From positions 29,004,388-29,068,387 of the forward strand of contig NC_092670.1 of assembly GCF_964355755.1 (NCBI RefSeq): a DNA stretch of 64,000 nt. Direction: 5' to 3'. Below the pieces are notes generated by a model. That model worked only from the letters and a program-made list of their open reading frames with translations. It ran no database searches and was not told where the DNA came from. This document shows, in pieces, positions 1-12,313 of the stretch. The DNA is from Antedon mediterranea. Its lineage: Eukaryota > Animalia > Echinodermata. Position numbers and translations under genes: made by a program. Every line of letters begins with the position of its first letter. The first letter of the stretch is position 1.

Positions 1-1333
1 TATTTTCGCGATTGAACAATGATCTTGAAAACAAAGGGCGCGCGAAAATCGCAAAATTCCCAACGATGTTATTTACAGTCGATCAGGCCTAACTTAGGCT
101 TAGTTAGCCAGGCCTACCCTTTGCAAAAAAGCCGTATACGAACATATACAATTTATATATGTCTTGTGTATGTTTCGTATATGACATCCCCATTCGTATA
201 CGAAACGAATACGTTAATTTATTTAAAATAACTTCCTGCCCGCATAATCAGCATATACGAACCGTATACGACAGCGTATTTGATCATTTATAACAAGTTC
301 CTGAATATACGATCTGTATACGATGCGTATACCATCCGAACTGCTGCATCATACCAAAGATCATGATATACAAAAACGAATGCGAAAAGGTACTGTCCCA
401 CTTTTTGCATGATGACGATAGCATAAGTTGGTAGCTAAACTTTGTTACCTGAAGTTTACTATTTTATATAATATTTACTATACTTTATTGTTAATTTTTT
501 ATATTAATGTATGAAGGTAATTTGCAAAAATCATGAGATCTTACCTGCATGCAAATCTGTACCGAATAGTTTACGTAATAAATGAATCCGATTTGCCAAA
601 CATTATGTCCGATTCTTTGAAATTCTATTTCTCTCTCTACCAGAGAGGTGCGTGTACGTCAAATTGCATTGTTTTTTCAATTCGCGCCTCGGCGACTCGT
701 ATCATAACACACATGGTAATTTTCTTACTAGTGGTGCTGTGTACGTCAAATAGAATTGTTTTTTTCCAACATTTTGGCTTGCATGAACAATCTACTGTAG
801 AGCACGCCCATAGCCAGGGGGGTTTTTATAAAAAAAAAATTACGACATTTCTTAGGTGATTTTTTATGAAATGTATAGTGTACTTGCTTGACGAATCCTT
901 TGTCCATTAAATCATAATAAGTTGTAATGTGTCCATAAAGTAATTATTCTATGTGTGTAATCCTAGCTTGTGGTTGTGTACCAAACGGCAAAAATACCAT
1001 CACCATGCTCTCCACCACCACAGAGATCCATTTGGCTGACGTCGCGTCCGGTACATTAATTATGGGGGTGTTATCTATTATTAAACACGTGCACCCACTG
1101 TGTAGCCAAAACATTTATTTATTTACATCCCTAAATTTACAATTGCATATTCTGTAATTTTACTCGACACTATTTAATTGTTGTTTGAAGTTCATCGCGG
1201 AGGCGAAATACATTAGCCAATTTGGTTCAACAAATTATACAAGAAACTCAAATCATGAAAATAAAAGGCCGCGAAATAGTTACAAATGTAAAATCGTGAA
1301 AATTTAGGGCCGCGAACATTTTGGGCTTTACAG
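1..1333. mobile_element. Non-autonomous DNA transposon (TA-flanked, Tc1/mariner-like), left end outside window
   Basis: Ends GCTTTACAG|TA. Long stretches (9-115, 870-1030, 1205-1310) match a second copy starting TA|CTGTAAAGC at 45494. Confidence 0.65.
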
Positions 1334-1671
1334 TAAATGATTTACAAAAGCTAGGATAGGTGTAAATTATTATACAGGACAGAAAGAAAATACTTGTTTT
1401 CCTTAATGTAGGTCTCTGTATTTACAATACCTTTCAATCTGCATTAAAAACTGCAATTTGTAACACTGTTCATGTGAAAATGTGTTACCCCTATTATTAA
1501 AAATTCTTATAACAGTACAGTAAACTATGTTCTCTTGTGAGAAGTGAAATAGTATAATTAATATACTAATATTATATTGATAATTATCATCCAGCTACTA
1601 GGAACCAATTGTAAAGTTTTTCTAATTCAATTCATAATCATTCTTACATTATAATTATTCTTTATTTTTAG

Positions 1672-1768
1672 ATCTTCAGCACATTTTAATAAGGAGATGT
1701 ATGTTGATTTTGTAGCAGCACAAATCAAGACTCTGTCATTCTTGGCTTACATAATCAAGATATACCAG
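1672..1768 (+). CDS. TRRAP: TRRAP exon w1
   Basis: tag|..|gtgag; SSAHFNKEMYVDFVAAQIKTLSFLAYIIKIYQ. Confidence 0.92.
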
Positions 1769-1924
1769 GTGAGAATAGAGCTTGCCACATACTGTTTCAT
1801 CCCTTGCCGCTTACTCCAAGGCTCACTTCATCTTGCAGTGTGGGTTCAAATGCCACAATGAATTGGGAAATATGTTTTCATTTACTATATTGTACATAAT
1901 TTTTCACATGCTTGATCCTCTGAG

Positions 1925-1964
1925 CATGGACCTATGAATTAATTATTAAATTTATAGGTCCATG
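1925..1964. mobile_element. 40-bp P-element-like remnant (CATG...CATG, 7-bp TSD)
   Basis: 16-bp TIR CATGGACCTATRAATT with one mismatch, flanked by exact direct repeat CTCTGAG (1918-1924, 1965-1971). Confidence 0.65.
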
Positions 1965-2135
1965 CTCTGAGGCAATCCAGTTTGTTTGGTGAGGCATGTA
2001 CCTAGTGACCAAAATGTAATTACCTACATACGACACATGGTAGTTTTGAAAGAAGATTACTCCAAATAGGCTCTACTCATGTTAGCAATGGAGTTTACAT
2101 GTTATAATGTTTTGTTTCTTTTTTTTTTTGGTAAG

Positions 2136-2274
2136 GAATTGGTGAATTCGTGTGCTCCACAAATGGTGAAAGGCATTCTGGGATTGTTTCAGCACTGCCC
2201 AAGTGAAGTGGCACATTTAAGGAAAGAGCTTCTGATTGCAGTACGACACATTCTAGCAACTGATCTCCGCAATA
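2136..2274 (+). CDS. TRRAP: TRRAP exon w2
   Basis: aag|..|gtatga; ELVNSCAPQMVKG..HLRKELLIAVRHILATDLRN. Confidence 0.9.
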
Positions 2275-2688
2275 GTATGAATTTTTTTTCTTTACATAAT
2301 TTTTATTTTTTTTGTTAATATACACATTCCTACTATACTTCGTTTTACGTATCTATATAAATTTACGTAAGGGCATTAATTCAATTTACCTAATTGAATT
2401 TACAATTGAAAAAAAAATCAAGTCCTCTGAGACAGAGTGGATGAGAAAATGTTTTGCAAAGTGGGTACATTATTTGTTTTTTGTTTGGTCCATATTGAAG
2501 ATGCAGATAACTATAGTTTTAAATAAGATTTTATTACCTCACCAATACATTGAAAATCAATAGGCATGAAAACAAATGCTTTTATGATATATATATATGA
2601 GAGATCCATTTTTCCACTTTTATGCTGCATTTATGCTGTATCTTAAGGTTAGATATTAACAATACAATGTTACTGATGATTATTACAG

Positions 2689-2767
2689 GATTTGTACCAT
2701 CTATTGATAAGCTGTTTGAAGAAAGTGTCTTGGTTGGAAGTGGATGGACAAGCAAAGAATCTTTGAG
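2689..2767 (+). CDS. TRRAP: TRRAP exon w3
   Basis: cag|..|gtattg; FVPSIDKLFEESVLVGSGWTSKESL. Confidence 0.92.
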
Positions 2768-2817
2768 GTATTGTAGTTGTTTCTGTTATTAGAACATGTT
2801 ACCCAAGGGTAGTGGTT

Positions 2818-5306
2818 TCTATATATAAATTTACGTAAGGGCAAAATTCGGTAAATCGCGCGTTATTTCTAGAATGTTTACTCGATGGTATATAAAGTTG
2901 GTTCGTACTTTCGGTACTGATTTTAACCACTTGATGTAACCCTGTTTACTAATTAAATTGAGTTTGATAATTAGTTATTGACAAATAAAACAAATTTAGG
3001 TTCAACGATTTGCCCCAAATAGGGGTGTTTTCCGATCGTGGTATACACTGTCTAATGGATGTCCGTCTTGAAAAATACCCGCAGACAATAATACGAGGAT
3101 GCTTCGCATTTTCCTATCTCCTCCTACGATAACTGTTTTTAATGGCCGAAAACCGGTTGAACAGCTCGAGTATAGCATCATAATGTTGAAGACAGGCAGA
3201 TTTTCTTCAAAAAATACTATTTTGATAGATTTAATATACGTTTATACAAATGTATTGATTTGCGATGAATGGAACATTCCAAATTATTTGGTTTAACAAA
3301 AGTAGGTAAATTTATGTGCCCTTGGAGAATAAACATAAATAGTATTGCAATGCTGTACAATACTGTAAATAGATATTTAACCACTTTTGATCGCCATTTG
3401 AATCGCAAATTTCTTATTGTGAGTATTGGTACTGTTAGATATAATACAAACAAATATACAAATAAACTTTATTACTGTGAGTGTGGGTAGCCCCTACTTT
3501 TAGATTATAAACACATAATAATATACAGTCAACTCTCCCAATACCGGACACCCTTGGGCGGGCATATATTTTCCAGTCCGGTTTCCTGAAAAAATATTTT
3601 TAAAGTCATCACGTTGTCACTGAAAATGCTTTGAATCACCGGTCCGAATACTGCCCGGTACGGTCTAGCATAGGGAAGGCCTAGGCTATGATTGTGTCAA
3701 GCTAGTTTTAATTAAATAAATACTGATAGGCCTAGGCCTACTTTATTAATATTAAGCTAATTCAATTTACCTTTTTTAAAAGTTACATTATTTACTGTAC
3801 CAATAAAACATGTTACAGTAGTAAATTATTGTTTCTCAATGTGTTTTTAGCGGCAAAAAGGCCTAGGCTAGGTCTACGTACATACGGTGAACATAATTTT
3901 GGTCGTTTATTGTTTATCGCGAGCTAGCAGCAGCATGGGTGATAAAAATAGCAGAGCGGGGCTTTGATTGATGCGCATGTGCAGAGGTGTCATAATCAAA
4001 TAAAAACGCCCACACCAGTCCTAGACCACATGTTTGTTAAGCTCCTTTATTTTGACGTAATTTGATAGCAATAAACGAGCCAAGCAATAATGACACAATA
4101 ATTAATTGGTAACATTTCAAAGTTTATTAACACTAGTTAAGTCAAGTTCATTCCGTTTACGTTTTGCCATAATGATTTCCAAATTTATAATAGTAAAACA
4201 TTCCTTTTTAAAGTCCTATTGCAATTGTGAATTTAACAATAATTTAAACAAAACAAAGACACAAAGTGGAATGTAAATTGAACTTTATTAAAAAACAATT
4301 CATATGCTAAAAAACAGGGAGTTGTTAACAACTCCCTGCTAAAAACAATAGACATTAAGACATAGCGCTTCACCGCAGTTCGATACGCAACAAAGCAATT
4401 GCCGCCTCGTGGGTTAACAATGAACTGACCTGTCAATCACAGTGTAGCGCTCCATGGCAACATTATTTGATCGTACCGCGAAAAACGTCGCGCACTTCAT
4501 GCATGGTCAGGGTATGGTTAAAAGCTTTTGTACATTGTGAATGTATTGAATCTGAGTCAGCGACGACGATGTTACGTTGTTTTCGTAAATATTTGGAATT
4601 TTTTAACTGTCAGTCCGGTTTTCAGACGCTAATTTCCGTGTTTTGTACTTCATAATTTGTCCGGATTCCGGAATTGGGTATTCCGGTTTTCATAATAAAT
4701 TACAGTACATTTAGAATAGGGACAAATTGGGCCCTCCAAAAAAGTCCGGTTTTCCGTGAATTCCGGTTTTGGGAGAGTCCGGTATTGGGAGAGTTGACTG
4801 TAATACTTTATTACTGACAGTTGCTTCTCAACGTTTGTATTAATTAATAATTTAAAAAAATATAAACGTCGTAGTGGTGTATCGTTACATGTACTTTACT
4901 ATTTCAATCGACTATGACAGTGTGACAGTTTTAACAAAGCATTAAATCGGAAATGTTTTACTCTATTTAGTGGTATATTATTTATAGGCCTATAAAACAT
5001 GAAAAAATATTTTGTTACTGAGTGGATAAAGAATATATTAAAAAATTGATGTTAGATACAAAACACAAATTGGGTTTGTTTAAATGGGTAAAAATAAAAA
5101 ATTTGAATTCATTTTGTGACAAGTTTCTCTTTCTACATAAATTATTGTGTCTATTTATTCGTTTCTGTAAACGACAATGTATTATAGTCCTGCGGTACGT
5201 ACATTTGAAATCGCCAGTTTTTTTACGCTGAAATTACTATGTATTCGAGAACCATCTGTGGGCACGACCTAGATGGTACGCGAGCGAAGCGAGCGGTACC
5301 ATCTAG
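2818..5306 (+). mobile_element. Non-autonomous Helitron, family A, copy 1 (interrupted by a MITE)
   Basis: 5' TCTATATATAAATTTACGTAAGGGC; 3' hairpin ending CTAG|T; no TSD; homologous copies elsewhere in the window. Confidence 0.8.
3526..4800. mobile_element. Tc1/pogo(Tigger)-like MITE nested in Helitron A
   Basis: Perfect 24-bp TIR CAGTCAACTCTCCCAATACCGGAC with TA on both sides; absent from the Helitron copy at 54253. Confidence 0.88.
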
Positions 5307-5641
5307 TATGAATAAGCAATTTAGTAACTTTGTCAGCATACTATATGTCGAATTGTGTGTTACAGTAATTATTTCATAAGCTAATCTTTTAGAGTATATG
5401 CCTAATAGTAGTTAGAAAGACATACTGTAGGCCTAAGTTTATTCTGTTGTACAGTATTTTGTTTCTCTTGGGCTATTCCATTTTCCTTTCAAGGAGTGTT
5501 AATTGAACATTTTTTTAATTTAATAAATTTTATGATATTTTTTTTATTGGTAATATTTTAGTGATAATACTGTCATCCTGTGAATATCAATGGATAGGTA
5601 TTTCACTCCTAAACCTTATCTAACTAATGTTGTTTCTCTAG

Positions 5642-5846
5642 GCCTCTTGCATACAGCACTTTGGCTGATCTTGTGCACCATGTCCGCCAACACCTTCCTT
5701 TACAACACCTATCCCTTGCTGTACATCTATTTTCAAAGAATGTTCATGACGAGTCTCTGCCATGTAGTATCCAGACCATGTCTTGCAAACTGCTATTGAA
5801 CCTTGTAGACTGCATAAGGACCAAGTCTGAACAAGAACATGGAAAT
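5642..5846 (+). CDS. TRRAP: TRRAP exon w4
   Basis: tag|..|gtaagc; PLAYSTLADLVHHVRQHLPL..IQTMSCKLLLNLVDCIR. Confidence 0.95.
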
Positions 5847-5915
5847 GTAAGCATATTTTTTTGTGGTAATATCTTCACAATCTTAAATGATAGTGGATAG
5901 TGTATAAGTGAACTA

Positions 5916-6944
5916 TACGGCCCCAGCCCACGAATTTCACGTCGGCAATCGGCAATTGCCGACCTTATTGCCGACCTTAAATTGTCAGAGGACGGCAAGA
6001 GATTGCCGACCTTGAAACTAGGCTAGAGATCCCTCCTTTCAAGCCTCCTAGCAACAACATGGTACTTTAAGGGATCGTATCATTGAAATTTTAACAGGCA
6101 TATTCACCACCATGTTGTGTTTAGTTAACAAACCATGGAATTAAGATGATCCCTGAATTCACTCAACCATTACATCATGTTGTGTGTGAGCTGCATGCTT
6201 CCTATCAAGCTGGCTGGGCACAGCGCTGCGCGACAGACCTGTGTAGGGGAATACCCTGTTATGCCAAGCAAGCAACCAGGCTATGCTCTGTGTACGGCTA
6301 GCTCCAGAACCACGATGTTCAGCAATTATCAAATAGAATTTATCTTGTAAATTTTAGTGTTAGGTTTTTATATTTTAGATAATTTTGCTAGTTCTTTTTG
6401 CATAACATTTAGCTAGGGAGGCTAGTGTAACGGTGGCAGTTTTATTTAAATATGCAATGTAATACAGTCTGTTCTGGCTATATTACATACCTTTTCTTCT
6501 CTCTATTATAAATGTTTTATTCTACCAAGCTCTTTTCCTTCTCTTCTCTCCTCTTACCAGTACATCCATATTTTAAGGAACGGTCCTAATTAATATGCAT
6601 GTACTGGGAGGGGACTATTTAGTAAAGGGAACATTCCATGATGATGAGGAAACAGTAATTGATTAAGGATGTGGGTTATAGGAGAGTGAATAAAGAGTAC
6701 CTAGGGATAGGAAGAAACCACTAGGAATGTTAATAGATGGAGTAGGGAGAAATAGTGAAAAAGGGTTGTTGACCTGATGGTCAGAGTGTTACACTAGGCC
6801 TAGCTAGGCCTTAGGTTAGCAAGAGGTTAGGCCTTGGTGAATTTTCTATTTTTAGAACTGCAGAGACTGCCGACCTTGGCGGATTTAAGGTCGGCAATTT
6901 TTTGCCGACCTTCTTTTTTCTGAATTTCGTGGGCTGCGGCCCAT
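5916..6944. mobile_element. MITE with imperfect TIR and subterminal TGCCGACCTT repeats
   Basis: Ends GGCCCCAGCCCACGAATTTC and GAATTTCGTGGGCTGCGGCCC; TGCCGACCTT clustered near both ends. Confidence 0.7.
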
Positions 6945-7271
6945 ATGACTTTCTCTCCTGATTATTTCCTGTCCCAACACATATCTTTCTTACTTTCCTT
7001 AGTAAAGATTTGAAAGACCTACACAGTTGAGTGAGTGATATAGTATTACAGTCAGCTGCTCCAAATGAACTGATGATATACTTTATGATTCTGAAAAAAA
7101 AAAAATATGAATCTGATCTGAAATCTGAATTTTAATGAAAAACATTGAACAATATATGTTCTAAAGACCAAAGCATTCAACTTAAATATGTACTTATTTT
7201 TTTAAATGTTATATGGTTTTCAGTATAGGCTGATTTATGATTATTAATTTTGATTTGATTTTTTTTTGTAG

Positions 7272-7363
7272 GGGAGAGAAATCTTGATGAGGATGTTGGA
7301 AGTGTTTGTGCTTAAATTTCATACCATTGCCAAGAATCAACTACCTCCTATCTTTAAGAAAGT
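7272..7363 (+). CDS. TRRAP: TRRAP exon w5
   Basis: tag|..|gtaagt; GREILMRMLEVFVLKFHTIAKNQLPPIFKK. Confidence 0.93.
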
Positions 7364-7689
7364 GTAAGTACAATCAACAAATCAAAAACTTGCCTTCTTA
7401 ATACTAGAAACAGCTCATTCAACAGTTAAAGCCATTTTACCGTGCCCACTTCTATCTAGTTTAGTCTTAAATTGATGTAGCATTTTGAATGTAAATTTGA
7501 AACTTTATTATTAAATTTTTGTTACTGTTATTCTAATTTATTATAATTATTGGAATAGTATTGGTGAAATGCTTTGATGATAATGTTAGATTTAATTTGG
7601 GGGGCTAATATAATCTGTGCCCCAGATCTTATATTTGATTCCTCTTGTTACATTTGATTTTTTGTAATTCTTTTTTCCCTTGTTTTCAG

Positions 7690-8093
7690 GAGAAACCAGG
7701 GAACCAATTCCAGTACCAATGAAAAGACTATCAACTTATCGCTAGGTGTCACATCCTCACAAACAACAACAACCGATTCAAGCACATCCGTTCCAGCTAC
7801 TCCTGCAACGCCAGCTCCTGCCACTCCTGGATTTCCACAATCTAACCCATTTCAGTCTAGTTCTAGTGGTGCTTCTACTCCGAGTATAACCGTCTCTGGC
7901 ACACAGGTGGTTGTTAGTGACAAAGAGAAAGAGAAGGAATTAAAAGAGGAGGTTAAGCCAAAGACGTACCTGCCTACAAATTCAGCCCAACACAGTAATT
8001 ACACAGTAACTGACTGCCGCAATTTAGTAAAAACGGTCATTTGTGGAGTTAAGACCATTACATGGGGCGTCAGCTCGTGCAAGTCTGGTGGAG
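7690..8093 (+). CDS. TRRAP: TRRAP exon w6 (S/T/P-rich linker then DCRNLVKTVICGVKTITWG)
   Basis: cag|..|gttggt; open frame and phases match flanking exons. Confidence 0.88.
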
Positions 8094-8230
8094 GTTGGTT
8101 TAGCTTAAGATTTAAAAAGTTTCAGTTTCAGTGTACTATTAGTGAAACCACTAGAGTCGATAATATGTATATAAAAATGATTTCTTTAAATATTTGGATT
8201 TTTGTATACACAAGACATTTTTCTTTTCAG

Positions 8231-8308
8231 CTGAAACAAGCTTTGCAGCTCAGAATAAACAGTTTCACCCAAAAGAAACAGCTGTATTTGTCAAGTTAGT
8301 AAAATATG
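8231..8308 (+). CDS. TRRAP: TRRAP exon w7
   Basis: cag|..|gtgagt; ETSFAAQNKQFHPKETAVFVKLVKY. Confidence 0.9.
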
Positions 8309-8702
8309 GTGAGTAGTTGAATACATTGTCAATAATACTCAATCTTTCAATAACATCTTACCTATAGTAAGTATAGTTTTGTCATCAAAGTGTAGGCCTA
8401 CAAGTTCCATTTTTGTCTTTGATGTGTTATTGAATGTCCATTACATTTGTATATTGTCTAGCCCAGTGGTTAAGGCAGAAGCACCATAAACTATAACCTT
8501 AACGTCGGCACCGATTTGTGACTGACATGGTAAAACAAGTATTTCCAGATAATAACTGCAATCTGTATGCCATGTGTACACAATTTTGATTACTTAAAGA
8601 AATTGTTTAGAAACTTTTGAGACAAGTAAGGGGTTACCACTTGGACATGACATGGCCCTTTTCTAGACAAAGACTATTTTGAAATGTTTGTTTTGACTAT
8701 AG

Positions 8703-8830
8703 CATTACAAGCACTTGATATCTATCAAATCCAAGTATCAACAACAGGACAGATGGTAGTAAGACCAGCTAACACCCAAAGTGTACGCTTAAAAGAAGAA
8801 AAAGAAGTTTTAGAACATTTTGCTGGTGTG
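8703..8830 (+). CDS. TRRAP: TRRAP exon w8
   Basis: tag|..|gtatgt; LQALDIYQ..RLKEEKEVLEHFAGV. Confidence 0.93.
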
Positions 8831-9233
8831 GTATGTATTTAAGCATACAATTAAGCATATTTATATTTTATTTACTCTTGTATTTATAAAAACAAACATT
8901 ACAAAAGTCAAAGGCAAACTCAAAAATATAAAATACTAAATTTTATATTACAAAATTATTATACTCAATAATTTGAATAATAAAGAACATACAATAATAA
9001 AATCTAGTCTGTTTATTACCAAATTTCTTTTTTCAAATCAAAGTCTTATATTACACCTAAGCATTGACAATGCATCATTTATCTAGAAGTAAACTCTCTA
9101 AAAAAAAACTGCTTTGGCTGGCCCACAATGTCGAATTTTGAATTCAATGACATTGTTTGTGGGTAGAGAATAATGTTAGGACAGTGCATGTAAACTGATG
9201 TTTTAACAAATACCAATTCATTTTATTTCTCAG

Positions 9234-9423
9234 TTCACTATGATGCATCCTTTGACATTCAAGGAAATCTACACGACAACCATTGACTTTGTTGTAGAAC
9301 GTATCCACCAAAATTTTCCTTTACAAATTGTTGCCAATGCATTTCTTGCAAATCCCACCACATCTGCAACATTTGCAACTATTCTAGTTGAATACCTCCT
9401 TGACAGATTGGAAGAAATGGGTA
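9234..9423 (+). CDS. TRRAP: TRRAP exon w9
   Basis: cag|..|gtaagt; FTMMHPLTFKEI..FATILVEYLLDRLEEMG. Confidence 0.94.
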
Positions 9424-9559
9424 GTAAGTATCATGTGTTGAGAACTGGTCATATTTTTATTTTTTAGTCATGTTGCCTATATATAAATATATACTTGATA
9501 GTATACAGTTGTTTTAAATACTTGATGGTTGTTTTTTTTTTATTTTATTTATTTCCTAG

Positions 9560-9654
9560 CTAATTTGGAACGTTCCAACTTGTATTTAAAACTCTTCAAG
9601 CTTGTGTTTGGGTCAGTGTCTCTCTTTGCTGCTGAAAATGAACAGATGTTGAAG
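9560..9654 (+). CDS. TRRAP: TRRAP exon w10
   Basis: tag|..|gtactg; NLERSNLYLKLFKLVFGSVSLFAAENEQMLK. Confidence 0.94.
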
Positions 9655-10427
9655 GTACTGCTAAAAAATAATGAATAGTTTACACATTTTGGCTATGCCC
9701 ATCTGCTTAACTTGATGTTATATGATTATTTGATTTACCCAAGCTTCACATAGGTACCAAGTTCAGATGCAGATCCCCGCCTTCCCGGAATTCCCCCCGA
9801 AAATCTGGAGATTCAAAATCTAGGATAAACCCACTGTGTGTTTTTTTAATTAAACAACATTTTCCCAAAACAAACATGTTATTTCACAATTAAAACTGCT
9901 GGCACTGTTTATAATGACCAGTAAAACAAAAGCATTTATTAGGCCTTTGTTTCATGAATTAACAGCCATCTATCAACTGCCAAGCCAAGCACATGTATTG
10001 TTGTATTGAAATGTCATATGCAACAATGCATCAATGGGCACGTTCACATAAAATGTTATCGAGCTTTCGTATCGTGATACTAGCTAGGTTCACATTAGCC
10101 ATGTTCACTAACTATCCTAGACCTATATATGCATATTAAATATTTTTGTCATGAATTTCAGTAAATACATTAAAATTAAAGTAATGTAATAATAAAATAT
10201 TCAATGTAATACAGTTGTGGCGTGATTTCATAGACCAATGTATCATGTGACGGATCACTTAAAAATATGTATAGCCTAGTGAATAAATTTGACCATGTTC
10301 ACATAAGATTTTATCATGCTTTCGTATCGTGATATTATATAATCAGGAAGAGCGTTTACATAGAATTTAACATCGTGATATAAGTATGCTAATGAGGTGC
10401 ACTGATGCGTGAAAGGTCAAACACACA

Positions 10428-12260
10428 TTTACTTGTTTACTTGTAATCCTTTATAGTCGTATGAATAGAGGGAAATAGAGGGAAGCATAATTGCTTATAA
10501 GCCCCTCGCGGTTATCATGTCATATTATACAAACGGTGTGAACTTTAATGGATGGTTTACCAAAGCCTCATTTAGTCTATTTTTAAACAAATTTAAAGAA
10601 CTAGCTGAAACAACCTAGTCTGAAAGATCATTCCTTCTCAAGTTTAACTTTAATTTATACCTATGTCCACGGGTCCTTAAATCGACATCTAATTTAAAAA
10701 AAAAATCACTTGAGACAGACTCCATACCATTTATAATTTTGAAAACTTGAATCATGTCAGCTCTATGGCGTCTATAAATTGAAGTTAGTAAATCTAATAG
10801 CCTCAAACGTTCCTTATATAATTTACGTAACCCTGGAATCATCCTAGTAGCTCTTTGCTGAACTTTCTCAAGCAAATCTTGATCTCTCTTAAGTATAGGA
10901 TTTACAACTGTATTACAATATTCAAGCATAAGACGAATCATAGCCTTAAACATTTTAAGAAAACCTATCCTCTTTAGAGATTTAAATGCACGATTTATCA
11001 TCCCTAATTTCCGATTTGCCCTTTACTAATTTAGTACATAATTTGACCCTCGGGAATATTGGACAAACAAACGGCAAAAAGATTTCTCATTAGATTTAGC
11101 TTCCGCAGCAATCTAATTTTCAAACTCCGACTTAGTATTTCTAATTAAATTAACCGAATCATTTCTTTTTCTCGTAAAATTTTCCCATTTACTAATAGTA
11201 CATGTTTTCCGCTTTCTCTTTGCTTTAACGTATTTCTTCCAAGCTTTATTTTTTGATTTTATAGATTTTTCAATCGCTTTTGTCATCCAAATAGGTTTAA
11301 CATTTTTAGCTCCCATTTTTGTCATTGAAAACTGCTTTGCCAATAATATTATTAAACACTTCCCAAGACTGCAAGCCAGACTTTGCCACAAAAATATTGT
11401 TCCACTCTACATTTCTAAGAATAATTCGCATATTATCATAATCCCCATGCTTATAACTACTTACATCGGGTTCAACTCGCAATTTAGATTAGATTTCAAC
11501 AGAAAAACAAAGTAACATGTGATCACTTTTACCCAAACCAAATCTAAAACATTAGGATGCTCTCCCTCTCTATAACGCGTGGGTTCATTTACATTCGGGA
11601 ATGGGAAGCAATCATTAATCATTAATAGAACTCAATTTTTTATTTTCTTTAGTATTTATGTTCTTTCTATGGGGCACGAAAATTTTTCACAATCTTATTA
11701 CCGTTGATTTTTAACCCCTTCTCTCCTTTCATAGTTCTCTCTACAAGCTCATTTTTAAATTTTCTACATGCCTCCCTTTTCTTAATAGTCCTATCATTGC
11801 TTATAAGAATATTTTTCTTTAATGCAATAACAAATGCCTTACGTTTAGTTTGCTCATCGAAAAAAGCAATTTTAATCGGTCTCATGTATGCATTTTCCCC
11901 TCTAATTGTGCACCACGTGTCCCAACTCTAAAATAAGCCCGCAGGCTTGTATCGAGATCAAAGCCCACAAAAATATCAATCAACAAATTTATGTCATGCC
12001 GCTTTCTATCTTCAGAATTTTCACTATCCGATTAAACCAATTCATATAACATTATGTTAGACCGTTGCTTTAAGATCTCGCTTTCATCTCCAAACCTAGC
12101 ATTTATAACTTGCAGTAACTCCTCTTTATCGGTCACCTTCGTATCCTTACTCATTTTTTCAACTTTCACCTCAAACTTATTAATCTTAGCATATTACTTG
12201 ATATTAATTTTTTCAGACTTAAGCTCATGAATTTGTTTAGAATTTTCGTCATTTTATTTT
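10428..12260 (-). mobile_element. CR1-clade LINE relic with internal deletions
   Basis: ORF1 tail (RPIKIAF), endonuclease end (EPTRYREG, GKSDH), KPIWMT tether, post-RT LEKVQQRATRMIPGL..RTRGH, short repeat 3' tail; boundaries approximate. Confidence 0.85.
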
Positions 12261-12313
12261 TTCATATTGGGACCTCTGGCTTCACCCAATACTCAAATAA
12301 AGTTGTTAACCTG

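Noticed and set aside
117-410. Insertion with CGTATACGA repeats and TGCAAAAA/TTTTTGCA ends inside the first DNA element
   Set aside because: Absent from the second copy, so probably a MITE, but the right end and TSD cannot be defined.
533-1157. Short ORFs in the ORF track here and throughout the introns
   Set aside because: Random frames in TE-derived or AT-rich DNA with no recognisable domains or consistent splice phase.
7060-7130. Possible intronic C/D snoRNA (TGATGA..CTGA)
   Set aside because: No terminal stem and no recognisable rRNA guide; such motifs are expected by chance in AT-rich DNA.
8455-8690. tRNA-derived SINE-like A box (TAGCCCAGTGG); similar hints near 57500-57710 and 58080-58275
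   Set aside because: No clear B box, tail or TSD; not supportable without a repeat library.
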